DNA from: Octopus vulgaris
Lineage: Eukaryota
NCBI GenBank assembly: GCA_951406725.2
Contig: OX597818.1
Location: 125,302,001-125,366,000, forward strand
DNA: 64,000 bases
Direction of reading: 5' to 3'
A model generated the notes under the pieces. The model was not told where the DNA came from. It saw nothing but the letters and a program-made list of their open reading frames with translations, and searched no databases. The translations under genes and the position numbers were made by a program. Below, one piece after another: positions 27,316 through 41,515 of this stretch. Positions within the stretch are counted from its first letter, which is position 1, and each line of letters begins with the position of its first letter.

Positions 27316-27549
27316 CGATCGTGGAAAGGTGCCGTGTATGTGACATTTCACCATTCATGCCAGCCCCTCGTCCTTATGTCGCCAGTGTTGTCAACAGTTA
27401 TATATTTATCTAATCTGACACCGCATCAACTCTTACCGGGCGCACATCCGACCCACACACTCCCATCAACCGCAAACATTACTTTTTATTGCAAGTACCC
27501 ATTCACATTTAACCACCATACACACACTTGTCGTCATAAAACACACACA

Positions 27550-27600
<51 letters not shown>

Positions 27601-27781
27601 AATTACATACACTCACATTACACACACCTACAGGCTGGCGCACTATCAGATGTATGTGTTTGCAAATGAATATAAATTCATTAGCAAAGCTTACTGATAA
27701 CCTGTTGTTCGGTGATACGTAACCCGGAGGCTTCGTCTTAGCGTAGCGTGTGTCGAGGGCAGGATGTCAACTTGATGAAAC

Positions 27782-27828
<47 letters not shown>

Positions 27829-28098
27829 TCTCCCTCCCTCTCTCTTTCTCTGTCTGCTTGCCTGTCTGTCTGTCTCTCACTCTCTCTCTCTCTCACTCTC
27901 TCTACACACACACACATATATATACATATAACTATATATATCAGTCTCTCGCTCACTCACACACCACTTCTCATCTTCTATATTTATTTCTGTGCTTCTG
28001 TATCCCTATACATGTATGTACACGTATATGTATATGTATGTGTATATATGTATATGTGTATGTAAGTACATACATATACATATATGCACACATACATC

Positions 28099-28132
<34 letters not shown>

Positions 28133-28133
28133 C

Positions 28134-28234
<101 letters not shown>

Positions 28235-28309
28235 TAAATAAATAAAACATATGCATATATACATACATATATGTACGTACCTACCTCTACATGCATATAT
28301 ACATGCATA

Positions 28310-28706
28310 TATGGGTACAGGACACCCAAAAAAAAACGTCGAACACAATAAGAAACGAAAACATTAACACAAAACCAAGGAAATAGACATTTTTCTTAAA
28401 CAACGAAAAAAATAGAGTACAGGACATACAAAACAAGGAAAATTCCCCTTCTTCAGTCGCCTTTGTTTCATCTACTCCACGTTTCGAAAGTTTGTTATTT
28501 GTGTCTGTTTGTGCCCCACCATTGCTTCACAACCGATGCTGGTGTTTACGTCCCTGTAACCTAGCGGTTTGTCAAAAAAGATCGATAGAATAAATACTAG
28601 GCTAACAAAAAATAAGTCATGGGGTCGATTTGTTCGACTAAAGGTGGTGCTCCAGCATGGCCGCAGTCAAATGACTGAAACAAGTAAAAGAATAAAAGAA
28701 TAAAAG

Positions 28707-28768
<62 letters not shown>

Positions 28769-31474
28769 GGAGTTAATGTAAGGGATCCGGGAATTCAGGC
28801 GGTTACCTCAGTGAGCATTTCTTCAAATACCAGCCAACAGAATATATATATATATATAACAAGTAACAGTGTTTTCAGTAGAAATTTCTGGGAAGTTTCC
28901 TTCAATCTCATAGTATAACATAACCAGTGAAGAGTGGAGGCGCTGATATTACATTTATTCCTCGGTTACAGCTGTTTCAACGACATATGGGTAATAAATC
29001 ATTTAACATTTTGTAACAATTATTATGCAACATTGATTATATAATATTGATTATGTAATTAAAGTTCGTTATCATTTCATCAAGGCTAGTATCAATGAAT
29101 TAATAAGCGAACATCTTGTATGAATTCACCTACATATATGTAGAAACAGGATTTAGTGGGAAGTGTTCATGTTTTAACAGGACGGAAGAGTTTCTGATCT
29201 GCGTCACTCCTTATGCTTGAGTTGTAAAGACGAGTGGTTCTTAACCTTTTTTTTTCTATAAACTCCTTTGATTATTATTTTATTCTGGTGGACCCCTATA
29301 ACCATTCGATGTTTAAAAACTACTTTTATTGATACTTCTTTCAAAATTCCTATTTTGTTAATCACACATTAATTTGTAAAGGCTGAACTATGTAAAACGG
29401 CCAGAGAAAGAAACCTAGTAAGTAGCTCCCTGCAATAAATATATCTCAGCTCAAAATTTTTACGAACTCATAAAGCACTACTGTGGATCCAATGTAGTAT
29501 TTCTCCTGTGAGAACCACCCCCACTCCCACAAAATCTTGTTTGGACCCCATCGAGACTGCATATTGTGTTTACCATTTCAATTTATCCCTGTCTCACTCC
29601 CTTTTTTTTCTCACTTTTACTTTCTTCTTTTCCTTCCATACTATTTGGTTCTCTCTATGATCGTTAAGATTTTGTTTGAAACAAATCTAGACACGCGTAT
29701 CTCAGTTGATTTATCATAGTCTGTACTATGATACGCAGTTTTAATGTTTAATCTCCTCGACCAGACAACTATCTGAATATGCAGTTTAATTAATGCATCC
29801 ATTTTCTAAAATGAACTTGTAAAGTGATACAGTAAAAACCGTCATCTTTGCTATTTTTTTCATTTGCACTTGTAAGGGAAACTCGATCACTTTCTCCAAT
29901 CAGAAACATAGAATATTCATTTATTATATAAAGCTGCTGTAAAGTCACTGTAGAGGCTACCTAGATTTTCACATTACTGCTTTTGATGCATTTTGAATAT
30001 AGACAATTGGACTTTTCATCAAGGTTAGAAATCAACAGAAAAAGGAATCACATCTCAATGGATTGAGTAGACCCAGCATTAAATTCAGACGTGTGTGCGT
30101 GTGAATACTAATGCTTTTAAAAAACTGTTACTTATGTATATGCGATTTTGTTTTATTATTTAATTGTAAGGCGGCGACCTGGTAGAACCGTTAGAACGCC
30201 GGGCGAAATGCTTAGTGGTATTTCTTCTGTCACTACGTTCTGAGTTCAAATTCCGCCGAGGTCGACTTTGCCTTTCATCCTTTCGGGGTCGATTAAATAA
30301 GTACCAGTTACGCACTGGTATCGACTTAATCCGTTTGTCTGTCCTTGTTTGTCTTCTCTGTGTTTAGCCCCTTGTGGATAGTAAAGAAATAGGTATTTCG
30401 TCTGTCATTACGTTCTGAGTTCAAATTCCGCCGAGGTCGACTTTGCCTTTCATCTTTTCGGGGTCGATAAATCAAGTACCAGTTGAGTACTGCAGTCGAT
30501 GTAATCGACTATCCCCCGCCCCCAAATTTCAGGCCTTGTGCCTATAGTAGAAAGGATAATTATTTAATTGTATTTGTGTGCGTCTTAATATATTTGAAAA
30601 ACAAAGGAACCGTTAGTATGCATAAACAATACCTTCGATACAGTTAACTGTAAGTAAAACGATTTATGCTTAAATTTTCATTATGACTCGTGAGAATATG
30701 AAATGCTAGTATAGGTATTAAATTCCCTAAGAATTATTTTCAAAGTCACTTGGTCATAACTGCTAGTTTCAACAATATCTGCTTACTATGATACGGGAGC
30801 TGCACGTACATTCAAAGAAATTAAGGTTATTCGTAATTGGATTTGTATTAATAAATGGATGTCTATCTGCCGATTTCTCCATTTTCTTTTCTTGTACATA
30901 AATAGTAATATACCCATTTGCATCGATGAGAAGCTAACATCTTTTTAGTATTACACTGATACACTGGCTAAAACCAGGGAACTTGAATGCTAACATCCTC
31001 GCAATAATATATATATAGGTTTGGTAGCCTTCAACTAACACTATCTCCTCCGAGACACTGTGGCGCAAGTTGACTAAAATATGGGTACAGGACACCAAAA
31101 AAAAACGTCGAACACAATAAGAAACGAAAACATTAACACAAAACCAAGGAAATAGACATTTTTCTTAAACAACGAAAAAATAGAGTACAGGACATACAAA
31201 ACAAGGAAAATTCCCCTTCTTCAGTCGCCTTTGTTTCATCTACTCCACGTTTCGAAAGTTTGTTATTTGTGTCTGTTTGTGCCCCACCATTGCTTGACAA
31301 CCGATGCTGGTGTTTACGTCCCTGTAACCTAGCGGTTTGTCAAAAAAGATCGATAGAATAAATACTAGGCTAACAAAAAATAAGTCATGGGGTCGATTTG
31401 TTCGACTAAAGGTGGTGCTCCAGCATGGCCGCAGTCAAATGACTGAAACAAGTAAAAGAATAAAAGAATAAAAG

Positions 31475-31538
<64 letters not shown>

Positions 31539-34244
31539 GGAGTTAATGTAAGGGATCCGGGAATTCAGGCGGTTACCTCAGTGAGCATTTCTTCAAATAC
31601 CAGCCAACAGAATATATATATATATATAACAAGTAACAGTGTTTTCAGTAGAAATTTCTGGGAAGTTTCCTTCAATCTCATAGTATAACATAACCAGTGA
31701 AGAGTGGAGGCGCTGATATTACATTTATTCCTCGGTTACAGCTGTTTCAACGACATATGGGTAATAAATCATTTAACATTTTGTAACAATTATTATGCAA
31801 CATTGATTATATAATATTGATTATGTAATTAAAGTTCGTTATCATTTCATCAAGGCTAGTATCAATGAATTAATAAGCGAACATCTTGTATGAATTCACC
31901 TACATATATGTAGAAACAGGATTTAGTGGGAAGTGTTCATGTTTTAACAGGACGGAAGAGTTTCTGATCTGCGTCACTCCTTATGCTTGAGTTGTAAAGA
32001 CGAGTGGTTCTTAACCTTTTTTTTTCTATAAACTCCTTTGATTATTATTTTATTCTGGTGGACCCCTATAACCATTCGATGTTTAAAAACTACTTTTATT
32101 GATACTTCTTTCAAAATTCCTATTTTGTTAATCACACATTAATTTGTAAAGGCTGAACTATGTAAAACGGCCAGAGAAAGAAACCTAGTAAGTAGCTCCC
32201 TGCAATAAATATATCTCAGCTCAAAATTTTTACGAACTCATAAAGCACTACTGTGGATCCAATGTAGTATTTCTCCTGTGAGAACCACCCCCACTCCATC
32301 AAAATCTTGTTTGGACCCCATCGAGACTGCATATTGTGTTTACCATTTCAATTTATCCCTGTCTCACTCCCTTTTTTTCTCACTTTTACTTTCTTCTTTT
32401 CCTTCCATACTATTTGGTTCTCTCTATGATCGTTAAGATTTTGTTTGAAACAAATCTAGACACGCGTATCTCAGTTGATTTATCATAGTCTGTACTATGA
32501 TACGCAGTTTTAATGTTTAATCTCCTCGACCAGACAACTATCTGAATATGCAGTTTAATTAATGCATCCATTTTCTAAAATGAACTTGTAAAGTGATACA
32601 GTAAAAACCGTCATCTTTGCTATTTTTTTCATTTGCACTTGTAAGGGAAACTCGATCACTTTCTCCAATCAGAAACATAGAATATTCATTTATTATATAA
32701 AGCTGCTGTAAAGTCACTGTAGAGGCTACCTAGATTTTCACATTACTGCTTTTGATGCATTTTGAATATAGACAATTGGACTTTTCATCAAGGTTAGAAA
32801 TCAACAGAAAAAGGAATCACATCTCAATGGATTGAGTAGACCCAGCATTAAATTCAGACGTGTGTGCGTGTGAATACTAATGCTTTTAAAAAACTGTTAC
32901 TTATGTATATGCGATTTTGTTTTATTATTTAATTGTAAGGCGGCGACCTGGTAGAACCGTTAGAACGCCGGGCGAAATGCTTAGTGGTATTTCTTCTGTC
33001 ACTACGTTCTGAGTTCAAATTCCGCCGAGGTCGACTTTGCCTTTCATCCTTTCGGGGTCGATTAAATAAGTACCAGTTACGCACTGGTATCGACTTAATC
33101 CGTTTGTCTGTCCTTGTTTGTCTTCTCTGTGTTTAGCCCCTTGTGGATAGTAAAGAAATAGGTATTTCGTCTGTCATTACGTTCTGAGTTCAAATTCCGC
33201 CGAGGTCGACTTTGCCTTTCATCTTTTCGGGGTCGATAAATCAAGTACCAGTTGAGTACTGCAGTCGATGTAATCGACTATCCCCCGCCCCCAAATTTCA
33301 GGCCTTGTGCCTATAGTAGAAAGGATAATTATTTAATTGTATTTGTGTGCGTCTTAATATATTTGAAAAACAAAGGAACCGTTAGTATGCATAAACAATA
33401 CCTTCGATACAGTTAACTGTAAGTAAAACGATTTATGCTTAAATTTTCATTATGACTCGTGAGAATATGAAATGCTAGTATAGGTATTAAATTCCCTAAG
33501 AATTATTTTCAAAGTCACTTGGTCATAACTGCTAGTTTCAACAATATCTGCTTACTATGATACGGGAGCTGCACGTACATTCAAAGAAATTAAGGTTATT
33601 CGTAATTGGATTTGTATTAATAAATGGATGTCTATCTGCCGATTTCTCCATTTTCTTTTCTTGTACATAAATAGTAATATACCCATTTGCATCGATGAGA
33701 AGCTAACATCTTTTTAGTATTACACTGATACACTGGCTAAAACCAGGGAACTTGAATGCTAACATCCTCGCAATAATATATATATAGGTTTGGTAGCCTT
33801 CAACTAACACTATCTCCTCCGAGACACTGTGGCGCAAGTTGACTAAAATATGGGTACAGGACACCAAAAAAAAAACGTCGAACACAATAAGAAACGAAAA
33901 CATTAACACAAAACCAAGGAAATAGACATTTTTCTTAAACAACGAAAAAATAGAGTACAGGACATACAAAACAAGGAAAATTCCCCTTCTTCAGTCGCCT
34001 TTGTTTCATCTACTCCACGTTTCGAAAGTTTGTTATTTGTGTCTGTTTGTGCCCCACCATTGCTTGACAACCGATGCTGGTGTTTACGTCCCTGTAACCT
34101 AGCGGTTTGTCAAAAAAGATCGATAGAATAAATACTAGGCTAACAAAAAATAAGTCATGGGGTCGATTTGTTCGACTAAAGGTGGTGCTCCAGCATGGCC
34201 GCAGTCAAATGACTGAAACAAGTAAAAGAATAAAAGAATAAAAG

Positions 34245-34308
<64 letters not shown>

Positions 34309-37016
34309 GGAGTTAATGTAAGGGATCCGGGAATTCAGGCGGTTACCTCAGTGAGCATTTCTTCAAATACCAGCCAACAGAATATATATATATATATAAC
34401 AAGTAACAGTGTTTTCAGTAGAAATTTCTGGGAAGTTTCCTTCAATCTCATAGTATAACATAACCAGTGAAGAGTGGAGGCGCTGATATTACATTTATTC
34501 CTCGGTTACAGCTGTTTCAACGACATATGGGTAATAAATCATTTAACATTTTGTAACAATTATTATGCAACATTGATTATATAATATTGATTATGTAATT
34601 AAAGTTCGTTATCATTTCATCAAGGCTAGTATCAATGAATTAATAAGCGAACATCTTGTATGAATTCACCTACATATATGTAGAAACAGGATTTAGTGGG
34701 AAGTGTTCATGTTTTAACAGGACGGAAGAGTTTCTGATCTGCGTCACTCCTTATGCTTGAGTTGTAAAGACGAGTGGTTCTTAACCTTTTTTTTTCTATA
34801 AACTCCTTTGATTATTATTTTATTCTGGTGGACCCCTATAACCATTCGATGTTTAAAAACTACTTTTATTGATACTTCTTTCAAAATTCCTATTTTGTTA
34901 ATCACACATTAATTTGTAAAGGCTGAACTATGTAAAACGGCCAGAGAAAGAAACCTAGTAAGTAGCTCCCTGCAATAAATATATCTCAGCTCAAAATTTT
35001 TACGAACTCATAAAGCACTACTGTGGATCCAATGTAGTATTTCTCCTGTGAGAACCACCCCCACTCCATCAAAATCTTGTTTGGACCCCATCGAGACTGC
35101 ATATTGTGTTTACCATTTCAATTTATCCCTGTCTCACTCCCTTTTTTTCTCACTTTTACTTTCTTCTTTTCCTTCCATACTATTTGGTTCTCTCTATGAT
35201 CGTTAAGATTTTGTTTGAAACAAATCTAGACACGCGTATCTCAGTTGATTTATCATAGTCTGTACTATGATACGCAGTTTTAATGTTTAATCTCCTCGAC
35301 CAGACAACTATCTGAATATGCAGTTTAATTAATGCATCCATTTTCTAAAATGAACTTGTAAAGTGATACAGTAAAAACCGTCATCTTTGCTATTTTTTTC
35401 ATTTGCACTTGTAAGGGAAACTCGATCACTTTCTCCAATCAGAAACATAGAATATTCATTTATTATATAAAGCTGCTGTAAAGTCACTGTAGAGGCTACC
35501 TAGATTTTCACATTACTGCTTTTGATGCATTTTGAATATAGACAATTGGACTTTTCATCAAGGTTAGAAATCAACAGAAAAAGGAATCACATCTCAATGG
35601 ATTGAGTAGACCCAGCATTAAATTCAGACGTGTGTGCGTGTGAATACTAATGCTTTTAAAAAACTGTTACTTATGTATATGCGATTTTGTTTTATTATTT
35701 AATTGTAAGGCGGCGACCTGGTAGAACCGTTAGAACGCCGGGCGAAATGCTTAGTGGTATTTCTTCTGTCACTACGTTCTGAGTTCAAATTCCGCCGAGG
35801 TCGACTTTGCCTTTCATCCTTTCGGGGTCGATTAAATAAGTACCAGTTACGCACTGGTATCGACTTAATCCGTTTGTCTGTCCTTGTTTGTCTTCTCTGT
35901 GTTTAGCCCCTTGTGGATAGTAAAGAAATAGGTATTTCGTCTGTCATTACGTTCTGAGTTCAAATTCCGCCGAGGTCGACTTTGCCTTTCATCTTTTCGG
36001 GGTCGATAAATCAAGTACCAGTTGAGTACTGCAGTCGATGTAATCGACTATCCCCCGCCCCCAAATTTCAGGCCTTGTGCCTATAGTAGAAAGGATAATT
36101 ATTTAATTGTATTTGTGTGCGTCTTAATATATTTGAAAAACAAAGGAACCGTTAGTATGCATAAACAATACCTTCGATACAGTTAACTGTAAGTAAAACG
36201 ATTTATGCTTAAATTTTCATTATGACTCGTGAGAATATGAAATGCTAGTATAGGTATTAAATTCCCTAAGAATTATTTTCAAAGTCACTTGGTCATAACT
36301 GCTAGTTTCAACAATATCTGCTTACTATGATACGGGAGCTGCACGTACATTCAAAGAAATTAAGGTTATTCGTAATTGGATTTGTATTAATAAATGGATG
36401 TCTATCTGCCGATTTCTCCATTTTCTTTTCTTGTACATAAATAGTAATATACCCATTTGCATCGATGAGAAGCTAACATCTTTTTAGTATTACACTGATA
36501 CACTGGCTAAAACCAGGGAACTTGAATGCTAACATCCTCGCAATAATATATATATAGGTTTGGTAGCCTTCAACTAACACTATCTCCTCCGAGACACTGT
36601 GGCGCAAGTTGACTAAAATATGGGTACAGGACACCAAAAAAAAAACGTCGAACACAATAAGAAACGAAAACATTAACACAAAACCAAGGAAATAGACATT
36701 TTTCTTAAACAACGAAAAAATAGAGTACAGGACATACAAAACAAGGAAAATTCCCCTTCTTCAGTCGCCTTTGTTTCATCTACTCCACGTTTCGAAAGTT
36801 TGTTATTTGTGTCTGTTTGTGCCCCACCATTGCTTGACAACCGATGCTGGTGTTTACGTCCCTGTAACCTAGCGGTTTGTCAAAAAAGATCGATAGAATA
36901 AATACTAGGCTAACAAAAAATAAGTCATGGGGTCGATTTGTTCGACTAAAGGTGGTGCTCCAGCATGGCCGCAGTCAAATGACTAGAAACAAGTAAAAGA
37001 ATAAAAAGAATAAAAG

Positions 37017-37080
<64 letters not shown>

Positions 37081-39395
37081 GGAGTTAACGTAAGGGATCC
37101 GGGAATTCAGGCGGTTACCTCAGTGAGCATTTCTTCAAATACCAGCCAACAGAATATATATATATATAGCAAGTAACAGTGTTTTCAGTATAAATTTCTG
37201 GGAAGTTTCAATCTCATAGTATAACATAACCAGTGAAGAGTGGAGGCGCTGATATTACATTTATTCCTCGGTTACAGCTGTTTCAACGACATATGGGTAA
37301 TAAATCATTTAACATTTTGTAACAATTATTATGCAACATTGATTATATTAATATTGATTATGTAATTAAAGTTCGTTATCATTTCATCAAGGCTAGTATC
37401 AATGAATTAATAAGCGAACATCTTGTATGAATTCACCTACATATATGTAGAAACAGGATTTAGTGGGAAGTGTTCATGTTTTTACAGGACGGAAGAGTTT
37501 CTGATCTGCGTCACTCCTTTTTATGCTTGAGTTGTAAAGACGAGTGGTTCTTAAACTTTTTTTATCTATAGCCTGCTTTGATCATTATTTTATTCTGGTG
37601 GACCCCATAACCATTCGATGTTTAAAAACTAGTTATAGATACTTCTTTCAAAATTCCTATTTTGTTAATCACACATTAATTTGTATAGGCTGAACAATGT
37701 AAAATGGTGAAAGAGAGAAACCTAGTAAGTAGCTCCCTGCAATAAATGCCTCTCAAGTCAAAATTTTTACGAACTCATAAAGGACTACTGTGGATCCTAT
37801 GTAGTATTTCTCCTGTGAGAACCCCCCACACACACACAAAATCTTATTTGGACCCCATCGAGACTGGATATTGTGTTTGCCATTTCAATTTATCCCTGTC
37901 TCACTCCCATTTTTTTCTCACTTTTACTTCTTCTTTTCCGTCCATACTACTTGGTTCTCTCTTTGATCGTTAAGATTTTGTTTTGAAACAAATCTAGACA
38001 CGCGTATCTCAGTTGATTTATCATAGTCTGTACTATTATACACAGTTTTAATGTTTAACTTCCTCGACCAGACAACTATCTGAATATGCAGATTAATTAA
38101 TGCATCCATTTTCTAAAATGAACTTGTCAAGTGATACAGTAAAAACCCTCATCTTTGCTATTTCCTTTCATTTGCACTTGTAAGGGAAACTCGATCCCTT
38201 TCTCCAATCAGTAACATAAAATATTAATTTATTATATAAAGCTGCCGTAAAGTCACTGTAGAGGCTTCCTAGATTTTCACATTACTGCTTTTGATGCATT
38301 TTGAATATAGAGAACTGATCGTTTCATCAAGGTTAGAAATCGACAGAAAAAGGAATCACATCTCAATGAATTGAGTAGATCCAGCATTAAACCCAGATGT
38401 GCGCGCGTGTGAATACTAATGCTTTTAAAAAACTGTTACTTGTGTATACGCAATTTTGTTTTATCATTTAATAGTAAGGCGGCGACCTGGCAGAACCGTT
38501 TAGAACGCCGGGCGAAATGCTTAGTGGTATTTCGTCTTCTGTTACGTTCTGAGTTCAAATTCCGCCGAGGTCGACTTTGCCTTTCATCCTTTCGGGGTCG
38601 ATTAAATAAGTACCAGTTACGCACTGGTATCGACTTAATCCGTTTGTCTGTCCTTGTTTGTCTTCTCTGTGTTTAGCCCCTTGTGGATAGTAAAGAAATA
38701 GGTATTTCGTCTGTCATTACGTTCAAGATGATCGAGTTCAAATTCCGCCGAGGTCGACTTTGCCTTTCATCTTTTCGGGGTCGATAAATCAAGTACCAGT
38801 TGAGTACTGCAGTCGATGTAATCGACTATCCCCTCCCCCAAATTTCAGGCCTTGTGCCTATAGTAGAAAGGATAATTATTTAATTGTATTTGTGTGCGTC
38901 TTAATATATTTGAAAAACAAAGGAACCGTTAGTATGCATAAACAATACCTTCGATACAGTTAACTGTAAGTAAAACGATTTATGTTTAAATTTTCATTAT
39001 GACTCGTGAGAATATGAAATGCTAGTATAGGTATTAAATTCCCTAAGAATTATTTTCAAAGTCACTTGGTCATAACTGCTAGTTTCAACAATATCTGCTT
39101 ACTATGATACGGGAGCTGCACGTACATTCAAAGAAATTAAGGTTATTCGTAATTGGATTTGTATTAATAAATGGATGTCTATCTGCCGATTTCTCCATTT
39201 TCTTTTCTTGTACATAAATAGTAATATACCCATTTGCATCGATGAGAAGCTAACATCTTTTTAGTATTTCACTGATACACTGGTTAAAACCAGGGAACTT
39301 GAATGCTAACATCCTCGCAATAATATATATATAGGTTTGGTAGCCTTCAACTAACACTATCTCCTCCGAGACACTGTGGCGCAAGTTGACTAAAA
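28310..39395 (+). repeat. Tandem array of four ~2.77-kb units
   Basis: ATGGGTACAGGAC recurs at 28311, 31081, 33850 and 36620; same junction GACTAAAA|TATGGG three times. Each unit holds a Penelope-type end, a SINE B tail, (TA)n(GA)n, a dimeric SINE A and the start of a Helitron-like piece. Confidence 0.97.
30169..30558 (+). mobile_element. Dimeric SINE family A with 14-bp TSD (repeated in each array unit)
   Basis: ATTATTTAATTGTA at 30155-30168 and 30559-30572. Confidence 0.88.
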
Positions 39396-39679
39396 CTGAG
39401 AGTATGATAGAAGAAGGCTTGCTCTTCCTTCCGTAGAAATCAAATCAGACCATGTTAACACCAAAAATTATTTACATCAAAAAGGTGCTTTTTTTCTCTG
39501 AAAATTCCTATTTTTTTACGATTTTTTGACTGCTGTGTCGCCATTTTTCGTTGTATTTCAACCAGAAAAATGCTAACTTAAAGAGAATAAAAAGCTACAT
39601 AATGCAAAACTTTTACTTTTCAAAAATTCCAATTCTAAAGGGTCGAAACAAACCCGAGCAACGCCGGGCGATACTGCTA

Positions 39680-39680
<1 letters not shown>
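39331..39680 (+). mobile_element. Helitron-like element, 3' end intact, 5' boundary uncertain
   Basis: Ends AAACCCGAGCAACGCCGGGCGATACTGCTAG|T, identical to the 8507-8739 terminus. Confidence 0.65.
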
Positions 39681-39760
<80 letters not shown>

Positions 39761-40120
39761 GGAGTTGAACGCAGGTGTTATTCAAATTCTTGGAGCGATC
39801 TTACAAATGTAAGCACTGGCAGAAACATACCTTTAGCTCATAAAAGTGATTTATACCAGTCTGTATAGTTTGAACATTGAGTTCACCTTACACTTTACTT
39901 CAATAGAGAAATCTACTTCCAAGCTTTTGAACATTTTTCAACCAATATGTCCCTCCTTATTTGTTCTCAACTTATTATTTCTTTATCCCTTCTCTTCCCA
40001 GGATCTGCCTTTGACGTCAGATCTACTAACGGTTTTTTTAAAAAATATTTAATAGCGTTCTGTTTATCATTTATGCAGTCATCAAAATTGTTATAATGTC
40101 TTGTTGTTGAGATAGGTTCT

Positions 40121-40216
40121 CTTTCTTTCCTGATGAGAAGATTACATTATTTTACACCGTTTATTCCTTTGGAATAAAACCAATGTTGTTTTCGAAACAT
40201 ATGTCGAAAGTAAAAG
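40121..40216 (+). ncRNA. Type I hammerhead ribozyme with canonical core
   Basis: Helix I CTTTC(40125-29)/GAAAG(40206-10); CTGATGA 40130-36; long helix II GAAGA/TTTTC capped by TTTATTCC-TTT-GGAATAAA; GAAA 40194-97; palindromic helix III ACATATGT; GTC 40203-05. Confidence 0.8.
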
Positions 40217-40404
40217 AATTTGAATAACACCTGCGTTCAATTCCATTCATTTACTTATACTATACAAATTACTGAACATTAACCCGGAGTTTCTACCTTT
40301 AAATAGGTCGCTACATCCTTGTTACTTGCGTGAATTTTGTTACCCTGGTAATTGTTTATTGGATTTTCCATGTTAACGGTAAACAAAGGACAATTCATTC
40401 ATCC

Positions 40405-40444
<40 letters not shown>

Positions 40445-40929
40445 CTCGAACAACTGAATCCTCATCGTTAAACGACGGAGATCCACTAATTTATTACTCA
40501 ACGAATTCTGCTTTCGGATTGGGTTGATGTTTGTGTGTGTGAATGGGTGCTCCCGTGTGTGTATGCATACCCACATAAGCAAGCATATACACACACACGT
40601 GCACACACATTTACACAAGCCGCTTATCTATACATTTGTATATATATACATGCGCATAAATATGTGTGAATATATATGTATATATGTATGTAAGTGTGTG
40701 TGCATGTGTGCACGCACACATGTGTAATATATATATATATATATTGTGTATGTATTTATGTATGTATCGGGCGCAAAATTACAACTCCCGTGTTCCGGTC
40801 CCCAAAAAGCATCGTATTACTTAAGTTTATAAATTTTCCTAACAGAAATGGCATAAAAAGCACGTAAGAAGCAACAAAATAGCGTCAATGAAAAATTATA
40901 CTGTAAAAAAGATAAAGATCTCACATTTG

Positions 40930-40999
<70 letters not shown>

Positions 41000-41212
41000 A
41001 TTGATCTATTTCTGTCTCTCTCTTTCTGTCTGTCATTCTCTCCCTCTACTATCTCCTTCCTCTAGATCTCGTCAAAAGGATGAATATTCCAGTTGTTCGG
41101 ACAACTAAACCAAATACACAATGATGTAGAGTAAAAAGTGCTGAATAATCAACATACACTTGTACCTTAAACATAATTTCTAGGAAGGAATAGTATGATT
41201 GCGTGTGTGTTA

Positions 41213-41253
<41 letters not shown>

Positions 41254-41372
41254 CAAGGCTAGACCTTTGGATTACGGAGAGAGTCTATACCAGAAACAGA
41301 GTTAGAAAATGGGTAACAAAGGAGCAGTGTGTGTCATACATAATTTGGGTGACAGAAAGAGAGAAATAGGTA

Positions 41373-41515
41373 TTCTTTATTCTTTTATTCTTTCACTTGT
41401 TTCAGTCATTTGACTGCGGCCATCCTGGAGCACTGCCTTCAAAGGTTTTCATCGAACAAATCGACCACAGGACTTATTTTTAAGGCCTAGTACTTATTCT
41501 ATCGGTCTCTTTGGC
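41373..41515 (-). mobile_element. SINE family B tail
   Basis: CTTGTTTCAGTCATTTGACTGCGGCCAT...TACTTATTCTATCGGTCTCTTT. Confidence 0.8.

Noticed and set aside
26948-27413. Gly/Asp-rich and poly-Val/Met ORFs; poly-His ORFs at 6841, 11939 and 60615
   Set aside because: Degenerate trinucleotide repeats open in several frames on both strands; no domain or splice evidence.
33703-33969. 88-aa ORF repeated at 36473-36739
   Set aside because: It spans the array junction, depends on a poly-A length that differs between units, and has no recognisable motif.
28310-39395. CRISPR-like array or tandem gene cluster
   Set aside because: Units are kilobase duplications with no repeat-spacer structure and no coding content; DNA is eukaryotic.
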